In this document: piece after piece, positions 46,799 to 55,469 of the stretch
How the letters are laid out: each line of letters begins with the position of its first letter
Position numbering within the stretch: the first letter of the stretch is position 1
Virus record (IMG/VR): IMGVR_UViG_2609460070_000002
Location: 4,587-68,586 of that record
Strand: one strand, 5' to 3'
DNA length: 64,000 nt
Source of the DNA: a virus
Taxonomy: Duplodnaviria > Caudoviricetes
Made by a program: the position numbers and the translations under genes
The notes under the pieces: model-generated
The model's input: the letters and a program-made list of their open reading frames with translations, nothing else
What the model was told of the DNA's origin: nothing
Database searches by the model: none

Positions 46799-46870
46799 AC
46801 AAGGAAACTAGTAAAGACTGGTGCGAATGTCAACTAGTTTCCTTGTGTGCCATCAAACAAGCATTCTGGT
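46799..46870. promoter_or_regulatory. OR-like operators and divergent promoters
   Basis: Three 14-bp ACWAG-N4-CTDGT sites (46799, 46833, 46857); minus-strand TTGACA (46833-46828) and TAGTTT (46810-46805). Confidence 0.8.
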
Positions 46871-46882
46871 AAAATCCCGGGT

Positions 46883-47482
46883 ATGGCAACGATTGCAGAA
46901 AACCTAAAGCGTCACCGGAAGTTACGTGGAATTTCGCAAGTACAACTTGCGGATAAATCCGGCGTGAGTCAGCAGCTCATCTCCCAGTTGGAAACATCGA
47001 AAAACCAAGCGACTACTGAATTGCCGGCGATAGCGGCGGCGTTGGGCGTAGCTGTTCACGAGATCGATGAGGCCTACACGCCCGATGAAGGCGGCATTCC
47101 AACCGCTACCGTTCCTCACCTATCCTGGATCAGCGCCGGCGCAATGCTGCGGGACGATATCGCCGACGAGGCCAGGGGAACGATCAGAGTTGCTGATCTT
47201 CCGCCTACCGGGGATTGGATAGCCTTGACCGTTGTGGGCGATTCGATGGATCGGATTTCTCCTCCAGAATCGGTAATTCTAGTGAACCGTCGCGATAAGC
47301 ATCTCGTGAGCAACGCTTGCTATGTGATCGCCGATGAGGAAGGGAACGCGACTTACAAGCGGTACCGACCTGGCCCGACCAGATTTGAACCAGTCTCAAC
47401 GAATCCTGTCCACGAACCGATCTTTCCGGAAAACGACCCGATCATTGTTGGGCGCGTTCGCCGATCTATCTTGGAGATGTAA
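46883..47482 (+). CDS. cI: CI-like repressor (HTH + S24 peptidase)
   Basis: SQ.QLA..SGVSQQ.IS.LE HTH, AG cleavage site, V.GDSM, T.KR. Confidence 0.93.
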   Translation: MATIAENLKRHRKLRGISQVQLADKSGVSQQLISQLETSKNQATTELPAIAAALGVAVHEIDEAYTPDEGGIPTATVPHLSWISAGAMLRDDIADEARGTIRVADLPPTGDWIALTVVGDSMDRISPPESVILVNRRDKHLVSNACYVIADEEGNATYKRYRPGPTRFEPVSTNPVHEPIFPENDPIIVGRVRRSILEM

Positions 47483-47486
47483 GGCT

Positions 47487-47714
47487 ATGAGCGCCAAAGA
47501 TGCAATATTGTCGGCTGGTGCCGTGGCGCTTTCAAATTCCGCAACACTCGCGGCCCTTATTGGGCATCTTCGTCAAATAGGAGCGGTGAGCGAACGGGCA
47601 GAGCGTGAAATCTATGAGAATGCCCTGCAGATGCTTGAGGAAGGCCAGGGCGATGATGATAGCGGCGTTTTCGCTGCAGCCAGAGAGCTGATTGAACAGC
47701 ATCTCATACCCTAG
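47487..47714 (+). CDS. Small protein probably co-transcribed with cI
   Basis: ATG 4 nt after cI stop with GGAG RBS. Confidence 0.6.
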   Translation: MSAKDAILSAGAVALSNSATLAALIGHLRQIGAVSERAEREIYENALQMLEEGQGDDDSGVFAAARELIEQHLIP

Positions 47715-47778
47715 AAATCAGTATTCCTCCTGTTTCCAATAACTCCCTTCAGAGCAAGAATCTGAAGGATATATAGAT

Positions 47779-47847
47779 TACCGTTATTATGACTACCGTT
47801 ATTAGGGGGGGCGCTGGTGCACTTTTGGCCAGGGGGCGCTAGTGCAC
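47779..47847. repeat. Iteron-like repeats (candidate origin)
   Basis: GGGGGCGCT(G/A)GTGCAC x2 (47807, 47832) and TACCGTTATTA x2 (47779, 47794) beside an AT-rich tract. Confidence 0.55.
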
Positions 47848-47848
47848 C

Positions 47849-48178
47849 CTAGAGAGCTTCCCATGCGAAGATCAGTCTGTAGTGGTTAACCGCCCTCCCC
47901 CTTATTCCGCGTTGAACCTGATCTTTGGAAATCAGACCCTCCTCGATAAGCTTGGCTACAGCCCGCTTGACCGTTGACGGGTTCAAGCAAAGATCCTTAG
48001 CAATCGTCTTCTGTTGATGCTTGGTGTGATTGTCGCGCCGGTTCATGTGCATCGCAATGAAAATGCCCACCCTTTGACAATCTGCTGAAAGATACGGACG
48101 CCCCAAAGTGTGGCGAATCCATTCGTCTCGGTTGCGGTACCACTGTCCCGCGTCTGAAAGTTCTTTGTCGTTTTGCAT
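47849..48178 (-). CDS. Winged-HTH replication-initiator-like protein (short)
   Basis: LS..C.RV...IA..N...Q.TIA.DL.L..STV.RA..KL...GLI..N.Y.L. Confidence 0.7.
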   Translation of the reverse strand: MQNDKELSDAGQWYRNRDEWIRHTLGRPYLSADCQRVGIFIAMHMNRRDNHTKHQQKTIAKDLCLNPSTVKRAVAKLIEEGLISKDQVQRGIRGRAVNHYRLIFAWEAL

Positions 48179-48219
48179 GATCCCTTTTTAGACCCTCGAT
48201 TCGCATCCGTCAAATTTTT

Positions 48220-48262
48220 ACTAGTTTCCTTGTTGACACATCTACTAGTTTGCTTGTAGAAC
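48220..48262 (+). promoter_or_regulatory. OL-like operators and early promoter
   Basis: ACTAGTTTCCTTGT (48220, identical to 46833) and ACTAGTTTGCTTGT (48244) flank TTGACA at 48233. Confidence 0.8.
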
Positions 48263-48338
48263 TACCTCACCAGCCGATACCGAATGACCTCCCAGACGGG
48301 ACGCGAGAAACGGGATCGGGGAACGAGAGGATGATGAG

Positions 48339-48614
48339 ATGGATATCGAAAAGCTTGCTTTGGAATTGGCCACGCTCGTGAAGGGCGCTGGCGACGAAGA
48401 TTACGACTTCGGCAACTTCGCCCATTACCTTCCCGATGCGGCATATGACGACGAAGGCAACGGCCTGATCTGGAGCGCCATCTGCGAACGCGCCGAAGAG
48501 CTTTTACCCACTATCACCGTCACCCGCGAAGAACGCGTCCGTTGGTCTCGTGCCAGCCGGGAGTTCAGCGCATGTGAGCGCTACGAGGCCCAGCAGCTCG
48601 GATATGGCGCCTGA
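48339..48614 (+). CDS. First early gene, hypothetical
   Basis: GAGG RBS downstream of the PL-like promoter. Confidence 0.65.
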   Translation: MDIEKLALELATLVKGAGDEDYDFGNFAHYLPDAAYDDEGNGLIWSAICERAEELLPTITVTREERVRWSRASREFSACERYEAQQLGYGA

Positions 48615-48667
48615 TCCCCTTCGGCGTGGACCTTCGGGTCCAGTTCGAAAGTGATCAACCGAGGACA

Positions 48668-48925
48668 ATGGCGATGGACATTTTCTCAGCCCAGACAATC
48701 CAAGCGACAGAGCGGTTCTGCCGACCCCGCATCGTGACGGTTCATCATATTGAAGTCCTCTTTGCCGATGGGTCTGTCGATTATTTCGACGGTTCCGATC
48801 TGTCGCCGCGTCGTGATGACGCTCTCGAATACACCGATCTCGAAGAAGCTGAACTGGACTGCGCCATTCTTGAGGCGCGGTATTTCAATGCTTCCGTCGA
48901 AACCTGCCAGAGGTATCTGCAATGA
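48668..48925 (+). CDS. Hypothetical protein
   Basis: GAGGA RBS, ATGA coupling. Confidence 0.6.
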   Translation: MAMDIFSAQTIQATERFCRPRIVTVHHIEVLFADGSVDYFDGSDLSPRRDDALEYTDLEEAELDCAILEARYFNASVETCQRYLQ

Positions 48926-49137
48926 GCCAGCACGACGAAATTGAAACCTTTCGCCAGCACTTGGATGCGGCGGCCCTCTCCAATGTCTTGCTGATGAAAT
49001 ATTCGCAGGAAGCGTCCAGAGGAACACTCGTCATCTACAGCGAAATCCAGATCCAAGAGGCGTTTGCGAAGCTGGCTAATCGCCTCGGATATCGCATCGA
49101 GCGCATCGCTCACCCCACACTTGAGGCTGCGGAATAG
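48922..49137 (+). CDS. Hypothetical protein
   Basis: Coupled ORF. Confidence 0.55.
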   Translation: MSQHDEIETFRQHLDAAALSNVLLMKYSQEASRGTLVIYSEIQIQEAFAKLANRLGYRIERIAHPTLEAAE

Positions 49138-49171
49138 CAGCGCCATCCATACCAAATATACCACAAGGGGC

Positions 49172-49891
49172 ATGAACATGAAAATCGAAATCAAGAGCCG
49201 TTGGGACAACACCGTCCTCTATACCGCCGAAGTCGAAGCAGACGAGAATACGCCGAACAGCATTCTCCTGCGCCTGGCCGTACTGGCGGCTTTGGAAGCG
49301 GAGGCCGACCTGAGCTCCGCCGACCTGCGCTCCGCCAACCTGAGCTCCGCCAACCTGCGCTACGCCGACCTGAGCTCCGCCAACCTGCGCTACGCCGACC
49401 TGAGCTCCGCCGACCTGCGCTACGCCAACCTGCGCTACGCCAACCTGCGCTACGCCGACCTGAGCTCCGCCAACCTGAGCTCCGCCGACCTGCGCTACGC
49501 CAACCTGAGCTCCGCCAACCTGCGCTACGCCGACCTGAGCTCCGCCAACCTGCGAAGCTTCAAGGCTGATCTATGGATGACGCTCACTCAGAACCGGCAT
49601 GAAGTTCCGGCGCTGGTCGCCGCGCTTCGTGATGGCCGCGTGGACGGCTCTACCTACGAAGGCGATTGCGCCTGCCTCGTTGGAACGATCGCGAACGCCA
49701 AGGATGTTTCCTACGAGGTTCTGGACCACGGCGCATCAAACCCTGCTGAGCAGTGGTTCGCGATGATCCGCAAGGGCGACAAGCCTGATGATGAAAGCGC
49801 TGGCGGCTTTGCCTCCAAGATGGCTCTGGAGTGGGCGCTGGAATGGTGCGCGCTCAACGAGATCGCCGTTGAACCTGTTGCGGCGGAATGA
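49172..49891 (+). CDS. Pentapeptide repeat protein
   Basis: 17 A(D/N)Lxx units. Confidence 0.9.
   Translation: MNMKIEIKSRWDNTVLYTAEVEADENTPNSILLRLAVLAALEAEADLSSADLRSANLSSANLRYADLSSANLRYADLSSADLRYANLRYANLRYADLSSANLSSADLRYANLSSANLRYADLSSANLRSFKADLWMTLTQNRHEVPALVAALRDGRVDGSTYEGDCACLVGTIANAKDVSYEVLDHGASNPAEQWFAMIRKGDKPDDESAGGFASKMALEWALEWCALNEIAVEPVAAE
49304..49558 (+). repeat. 15-bp tandem repeat x17
   Basis: gcc(g/a)acctg(agctcc/cgctac) units. Confidence 0.95.
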
Positions 49892-50133
49892 CCATGACAG
49901 ACAAGATCGACAACGGTGGCCCAGCTTTCCCGGTGACATTCGAAGGCGGCGGCAATAACGGCGAGAGCCCAGCATATTTTGAGGGAATGACCCTTCGCGA
50001 CTGGTTCGCCGGTCAGGCGCTTGCCGAGTCTACCAGAGGTATTTGGGACAGTCACAAATACGATGATGTTGCAAAGAGAGCTTACGGCATAGCAGACGCC
50101 ATGATCTCCGCCCGGAAAGGTGGTGCGGCATGA
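49888..50133 (+). CDS. Conserved small phage protein
   Basis: GGPAFP..GMTLRDWFA.QAL..AY.IADAM. Confidence 0.8.
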   Translation: MTMTDKIDNGGPAFPVTFEGGGNNGESPAYFEGMTLRDWFAGQALAESTRGIWDSHKYDDVAKRAYGIADAMISARKGGAA

Positions 50134-50209
50134 CCTTCATCCTCGCTGAAATAACGATCGGCCTTCTCTCCGGTCTGGTCAGCCTGTCCTATCTGTATTG
50201 GAGCCGGTC

Positions 50210-50473
50210 ATGACCAGATGCGACTTCCGCACCTTCAGCGAATGTGACTGCCCCGCCGGCACATGCCAGCAACAAACGTACACCACCCGCACAGCGCAGA
50301 TCACCGCCGACCAGAATGCCGAATGGCGCGCATATAACCGCGCACTGTTCTCAACGGTCTATTTCACCACTCTGTGTGTCGTCACTGGCTGCCTTCTTAT
50401 GTTTGCGGCCGTCAAGATGGAGCGGCAGGAGCGGATTTCAAATCTCATCAATCAGGAGAGCCACAATGGCTGA
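50210..50473 (+). CDS. Small Cys-containing membrane protein
   Basis: C.F..CDCP.G.C plus a TM segment. Confidence 0.5.
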   Translation: MTRCDFRTFSECDCPAGTCQQQTYTTRTAQITADQNAEWRAYNRALFSTVYFTTLCVVTGCLLMFAAVKMERQERISNLINQESHNG

Positions 50474-51491
50474 GCAGTCTATTAGCGCGCTTGCGTCTAA
50501 GATAGTCGATCGGTGGAGCTGGTGGCGCGCTGCGCTGAAGAACCCGGCGGCGATCGGCAAGACCCTTCCGGTTCACGACGGCGATGCCCAGCAGGGCTAT
50601 TACCGGGCGAAGAACAAGGACAAGACCTTTGACCCTGTCGCGATATTCTTCCCGGAAGGTTCCGACGATCTCGTTGCCTATCGCTCCGGCCGGGAAGTTC
50701 GCGCCGACGAGGTGTGGAGCTTTTGCTGCCGGTACCCCGTGAGCTTCGAAGCTTACACCGCTGCGACCGAAGGCAAAGGCTGGCCTGACGATGATGCTAC
50801 GGTCGCTGCGCAGATCAAAACGCCCGAGCCTGGCATCGGCGACAACTCCGGCGAGGTCGATCCGATCGACGCTCTGAAAGACCAGATCGACGCCGCGCTC
50901 AAGGGTCTGGATACCTACAAGAAGATTGCCGACGATGCGACGGCGGCCAAAGCGCAGTCCCTCCGCAACCGGCTCAATGAACTGTCCGGCGATGCCGACA
51001 AGAAGCGTGACGAGTTGAAGCGGCCACACCTCGAGTCCGGCAAGGCGATCGACAAGGTTTGGATGCCTATCGTCAAGTCGGCAAAGGAGGGCGCCAACAC
51101 CGTCAAGGCCTCGCTTGAGGCGTGGGAGACGGAAAAGCTTCGCCGCCGGCGCGAGGAAGAGCGCAAGGCTGACGAGGCTAGACGCGCCGCCGAGGAAGCC
51201 GCTCGCGAACAGCAGGGCGAAACGACCGTGCTTGAAGCGCCGAAGGTCGAAACCCAACACCAACAGCCAGACACCAGCGCCGGCCAGATCCGCGCCACCT
51301 ACGGCAAAGCGGCTTCGGTCACAGCAAAGCTTGTTGTCGAAGAAGTCACCGACTGGCCCAAACTCGCCGTCTACATGTCGGGACACCCGGAGTGCCAGGA
51401 GCTTCTTGTGAAGCTTGCCCAGCGCGCGATTGATGCCGGACGCAAGGACCTTCCCGGTGTCACGACGACGGAAAGGGCGTCGGTGCGCTGA
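50466..51491 (+). CDS. Coiled-coil protein of the recombination module
   Basis: GGAG RBS; K.P.L..GK.ID..W and R..PGV tail. Confidence 0.7.
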   Translation: MAEQSISALASKIVDRWSWWRAALKNPAAIGKTLPVHDGDAQQGYYRAKNKDKTFDPVAIFFPEGSDDLVAYRSGREVRADEVWSFCCRYPVSFEAYTAATEGKGWPDDDATVAAQIKTPEPGIGDNSGEVDPIDALKDQIDAALKGLDTYKKIADDATAAKAQSLRNRLNELSGDADKKRDELKRPHLESGKAIDKVWMPIVKSAKEGANTVKASLEAWETEKLRRRREEERKADEARRAAEEAAREQQGETTVLEAPKVETQHQQPDTSAGQIRATYGKAASVTAKLVVEEVTDWPKLAVYMSGHPECQELLVKLAQRAIDAGRKDLPGVTTTERASVR

Positions 51492-52075
51492 TGGAAATCG
51501 TCTCGCGCAGCTCGGCCAAGGAACAAGGTCTTTCCCACTATTTCACCGGGAAGCCGTGCCCGCGCGGACATTTTGCGCTGAAAAGCACGAAGTGGAAGTA
51601 TTGCGCAGAGTGCCGCCGAGAGGACGCTCGAGCTAAAGCGAGAGCTAATCCAGACGAAAATCGCCGTAAGGTTCTTGAATGGCAAAAAGCTAATCGCAAG
51701 CGCGCCAGCCAAAAGTCAAACGACTGGTATCACGCTAACTCCGAGAAGGCCAAAGCCTCAACCTTGGCATGGGAAAGAGCTAACCCGGACAAAGTAAGGG
51801 CGAAGCAACAACGTCGACGCGCTCGACGCATCGATGCTCCGGGAGACTTTACGGAAGAAGACATCCTTCGCTTGATGAAAATGCAAAAGGGAAAATGCGC
51901 CCTTTGCCGATGCAAGATTACCCCGAAGAACAAGTCGATTGATCACATCATCGCCCTATCCCGCGGTGGCAGTAATCATCCCCGCAATCTCCAAATCCTC
52001 TGCCTGCCCTGCAACCAATCGAAGTGTGATCGAGACCCGATCGACCACTCGCGAAGGAAAGGACTCCTCCTATGA
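51491..52075 (+). CDS. HNH endonuclease
   Basis: C..C, IDHI..LSRGG.N...NLQ.LC..CN..K; N-terminal YFTG.PC.RGH. Confidence 0.9.
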   Translation: MEIVSRSSAKEQGLSHYFTGKPCPRGHFALKSTKWKYCAECRREDARAKARANPDENRRKVLEWQKANRKRASQKSNDWYHANSEKAKASTLAWERANPDKVRAKQQRRRARRIDAPGDFTEEDILRLMKMQKGKCALCRCKITPKNKSIDHIIALSRGGSNHPRNLQILCLPCNQSKCDRDPIDHSRRKGLLL

Positions 52076-52317
52076 AGTACGCATCAATCGCGTTCAAATG
52101 GAACCCAGACAAAACATACGATTACAAAATCCCCGCCGGCATTGAGCTGCAGCCGGGCGATAAGGTCATGGTCGAAACAAAGCACGGCGCCAAGGAGGTC
52201 GAGGTCGTCGAGATCAAGGCCGAATCCGACAAGGCGGACAAGGAAATCCTTCGTCGCGCCGATCCGGCTCCGGCGGAACCCGCGCCAGCCGCGACCAAAT
52301 CGGAATGGGACTTCTGA
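52072..52317 (+). CDS. Small beta-barrel hypothetical protein
   Basis: K.YDY.IP....L.PGD.V.V. Confidence 0.6.
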   Translation: MKYASIAFKWNPDKTYDYKIPAGIELQPGDKVMVETKHGAKEVEVVEIKAESDKADKEILRRADPAPAEPAPAATKSEWDF

Positions 52318-52520
52318 TGAGCAAGCGGAAGTGGGAACAGGGCCGGAAACTGACGCCGCTTGAGGCTTTGGCCGAAATCGCCGCCGGCCGTCCCGTCTAC
52401 TTCCGCCACAAGTGGACGCACAACGGCTGGGCCCGCGGCTGGCAGATCGCCATGCTGATCGGCTCCGCAAACAGCGGCGTCATCTTCGAAGCAAAGCAAA
52501 TTCAGGAAAGCGAACAATGA
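52317..52520 (+). CDS. Hypothetical protein
   Basis: Coupled at both ends. Confidence 0.5.
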   Translation: MSKRKWEQGRKLTPLEALAEIAAGRPVYFRHKWTHNGWARGWQIAMLIGSANSGVIFEAKQIQESEQ

Positions 52521-53413
52521 ACGCTATCACCCAGACAGCCGAGCGTCAGCCACGTTCCGTCCTCGTCGACATGTCCATGCGGTACGGCATGGAGCCGGCG
52601 GCATTCGAGGCCACCGTCCGCGCCACATGCATGAAGCCTGACAAGAATGGCAAGGTGCCCAGCCGCGAGGAGTTTGCAGCCTTCCTGTTGGTCGCGAAAG
52701 AATACAATCTCAACCCGCTACTAAAGGAAATCTATGCCTACCCGGCCAAGGGTGGCGGCATCGTGCCGATTGTTTCCGTCGACGGCTGGGTCAACCTCAT
52801 CAATAGCCAGGCGGCGCTCGACGGACTTGAATTCGCGATCGAGCATACCGATGTCGGCGCGCTCGTCTCAATCACTTGTCGGATTTACCGGAAGGATCGT
52901 TCGCGCCCGATCGAGGTCACGGAATATCTTTCGGAGTGCATCCGCAATACTGAGCCGTGGGCGATGAAGCACCGGATGCTTCGGCACAAGGCGCTCATCC
53001 AGTGCGCTCGCTATGCGTTCGGCTTCGCCGGGATATACGACGAAGACGAAGGCGAGAAGATCGCCGGCATGAAGGATGTAACGCCTCCGATGCCCCCGGC
53101 CCCGCCAAAGCCACCCGCACCGCCAAAGCCAGATGAAACGATTGCTGACGCCGATGGCGTGGTGATCGAACACGAAGAGCCGACCGTCGAAGATGTAGCG
53201 GCAGCAAACGAGGATGTCATCGACGACACGACCTATTTCGAGAATCTGGAAGAGGCCATGGCAGTCGTCTCTGACGCTGCCTCTCTCGAAGAGGTCTGGT
53301 CAGATTTCGACCCACTTTCCCGTTTCGACGGCAAGCCGCAGGGAGAGGTCAACCAGGGCATCGCTCTCGCGATCCGTAAGCGCGCTGAGAAGCGCATCGG
53401 CGGTGCGGCATGA
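52517..53413 (+). CDS. bet: Bet/RecT-family single-strand annealing protein
   Basis: FL.VA..Y.LNP..KEIYA.P, IVSVDGW, PW...RMLRHKALIQCARYAFGFAGIYDEDE. Confidence 0.92.
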   Translation: MNAITQTAERQPRSVLVDMSMRYGMEPAAFEATVRATCMKPDKNGKVPSREEFAAFLLVAKEYNLNPLLKEIYAYPAKGGGIVPIVSVDGWVNLINSQAALDGLEFAIEHTDVGALVSITCRIYRKDRSRPIEVTEYLSECIRNTEPWAMKHRMLRHKALIQCARYAFGFAGIYDEDEGEKIAGMKDVTPPMPPAPPKPPAPPKPDETIADADGVVIEHEEPTVEDVAAANEDVIDDTTYFENLEEAMAVVSDAASLEEVWSDFDPLSRFDGKPQGEVNQGIALAIRKRAEKRIGGAA

Positions 53414-53976
53414 AGCGCAGCAAGCTACCCGCGCCTATTCTTCGAGATCTATTTTCATATGAAGACGGCTACTTGTTTTGGCGCGAACGCCCACGCGATC
53501 TCTTCAAAACCAATCGAGCTTTTTCCGCATGGAACGCGCGGTTCGCCGGAAAGCTTGCCGGTCATGTCCATGCATCTCGCAGTGGCAAACGTCGCAAGAC
53601 CGTCATCAATGTCCTGGGCATAAGCGAGCGCCACCTAAGTTCTCGTTTGATATGGGCGTGGCATCATGGGGAATGGCCGTCTGAGCTGGTTGATCACGAA
53701 GATGGCAATACACTCAATGATCAAATTGGGAATCTCCGGGATATACCTCCGGCGACAAACTCGAAAAACATGAAGATGCATTCTGGAAACACGTCCGGAG
53801 TGACTGGCGTGTGCTGGCATAAGCAGCGCGGCAAATGGAAGGCCGAGATCATGGCCAACCGCGTCAAGAAGCATCTCGGGGTTTTCGACAACATTGAAGA
53901 CGCCATTGCCGCCAGAAAGGCCGCGGAGGCCGAGTTCGGATTTCACAAAAATCACGGGAGGCGTTCGCATGGCTAA
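53410..53976 (+). CDS. HNH-AP2 homing endonuclease
   Basis: VDH.DGN..N..I.NLR; NTSGVTGV.W....KW.A.I..HLG.F..EDA..AR..AE. Confidence 0.9.
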   Translation: MKRSKLPAPILRDLFSYEDGYLFWRERPRDLFKTNRAFSAWNARFAGKLAGHVHASRSGKRRKTVINVLGISERHLSSRLIWAWHHGEWPSELVDHEDGNTLNDQIGNLRDIPPATNSKNMKMHSGNTSGVTGVCWHKQRGKWKAEIMANRVKKHLGVFDNIEDAIAARKAAEAEFGFHKNHGRRSHG

Positions 53977-54820
53977 AAGCGATTTTCCGCCGCTAAGAAT
54001 GCGTGTCGAGCGTGGCCGATTGGTACCCGCTAGGCCATTCGATCAAGAGCGGTTGGATAGTTACCGTAATGGCTCAATTGTCATGTGCAGGTTCACCGAA
54101 GAGCGTGATCGGGTTCTGGTCAAGAAGTGGTTTGCCGTGCTCGGTCTCGTCTTGAAACAGTGCAAGACGCCGTGGAAGACGCGCGACGAGGCTCACGAGG
54201 CCATCAAACTCGCCCTCGGCATCGTCAACCTGTCCAAGACCGTCGGCGGCCAATTCATGCAATATCCGAAGTCGTTGAGCGAGCTCGATGATCCGGAGCT
54301 GACCGAAGCCCTCGACAATATGATCGAACTTCTGAGCCGCATGACCGGCGTCGATGTCGCGACCCTACGTAAGGAAACCGCGCATGTCGACGAGGAATCA
54401 TCCGATCCAGAGACCGGCGAAATCATCGAGAATCAATCTACAGAATCCGGCTCCTCCGCCCCCTTGGAGCCGGTACCAGCGGAAGACGGCGCCCCTACCG
54501 TCTCCGCAGCGTCCGACGGCGCCGCCCCCTATCCGTCGTCGGACGCTCCCCCTCCCGAGCGCGAGACGCTTATCAAGTTTGCCAAGGACATGCTTCCGAT
54601 GGCAGCGGATACCAGCGTCTCACCGGCGTTCCTAAAAACGGTGGAACGAGAATGGGCACCGCTGATCAAGGAGCTTTCTCCCGAAGGCATCGCGCAGGCG
54701 CGAGCTATCAGCGAAAGCCTTCGTGCCATCGCGAACGATCCGAAGCGCCTCGGGCCGGCCCTGCTTCATTACGCCGAGGTCCTTGAATGCACCGTTGAAG
54801 AGATAGGCGGTGCGGCATGA
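53969..54820 (+). CDS. Hypothetical protein of the recombination module
   Basis: GGAGG RBS; L.P...D....H..IK..LG..PKS pattern. Confidence 0.65.
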   Translation: MAKSDFPPLRMRVERGRLVPARPFDQERLDSYRNGSIVMCRFTEERDRVLVKKWFAVLGLVLKQCKTPWKTRDEAHEAIKLALGIVNLSKTVGGQFMQYPKSLSELDDPELTEALDNMIELLSRMTGVDVATLRKETAHVDEESSDPETGEIIENQSTESGSSAPLEPVPAEDGAPTVSAASDGAAPYPSSDAPPPERETLIKFAKDMLPMAADTSVSPAFLKTVEREWAPLIKELSPEGIAQARAISESLRAIANDPKRLGPALLHYAEVLECTVEEIGGAA

Positions 54821-55239
54821 ACGGCTTTCCGAAAGACGGAACAACCTTTGTTGTCGAATCTATCGACCGCACTGCCTATCGCTGGGCACCCTACAAGCCG
54901 GATGGCGCTCGACAAATGGGGAAACCTGGCCGTTGGCAGAAGCAGGTCTGGAGCGGCGACTGGTTCAAATGGGAGAACTGCGAGGAGCCAGTCGGTGAAG
55001 TTTCGCCGCCTATCGAGGATGGTCCTATCTCCAAGGCCTTCAAACAGGCCGGTGCGCTTGATCAGTGGCGCCATGAAGTTGGTAAGCTGCATTCTCAGAT
55101 CGCCAGCAAGGATGCGGAGATCACCAAGCTTCGCGCCGCACTCTCCGAGATAGCCACCACCGAAGAATATCGCGGCCTTTCCGCCGATGAAGCCATGACC
55201 GTTGCTCGCGCCGCCCTGGCAAAGGCTGGTGCATCATGA
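54817..55239 (+). CDS. Hypothetical protein
   Basis: Coupled; EI.KLRAAL..ARAAL tail. Confidence 0.6.
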   Translation: MNGFPKDGTTFVVESIDRTAYRWAPYKPDGARQMGKPGRWQKQVWSGDWFKWENCEEPVGEVSPPIEDGPISKAFKQAGALDQWRHEVGKLHSQIASKDAEITKLRAALSEIATTEEYRGLSADEAMTVARAALAKAGAS

Positions 55240-55469
55240 AGCGCCCCACCCCCGCAACGCTACAGGTGCAGTGCGACGCCTTCAACTCCCGTTATCCGGT
55301 CGGCCAAAAGGTATCTGTCCGCAAGGATGATGGCGCTGGCTCGATAACCTTCACACGGTCGAAAGCAGAAGTCCTGTCAGGTCACTCGGCCGTCATTTGG
55401 CTGGAAGGGATTTCCGGCTGCTACCTGCTCGACCGGGTAACGGCGATCATGGAGGCAGCCCATGGCTGA
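55236..55469 (+). CDS. Conserved small phage protein
   Basis: FN.RYPVG.V..TRS.A.VLSGH.AV.W..G.SGC..L. Confidence 0.7.
   Translation: MKRPTPATLQVQCDAFNSRYPVGQKVSVRKDDGAGSITFTRSKAEVLSGHSAVIWLEGISGCYLLDRVTAIMEAAHG

Noticed and set aside
48613-48658. C(UUCG)G hairpin as an independent ncRNA
   Set aside because: A single stable stem in the early transcript, more likely a processing or antitermination element; not enough evidence.
49304-49558. CRISPR-like array
   Set aside because: Contiguous 15-bp coding repeats with no spacers and no cas genes.
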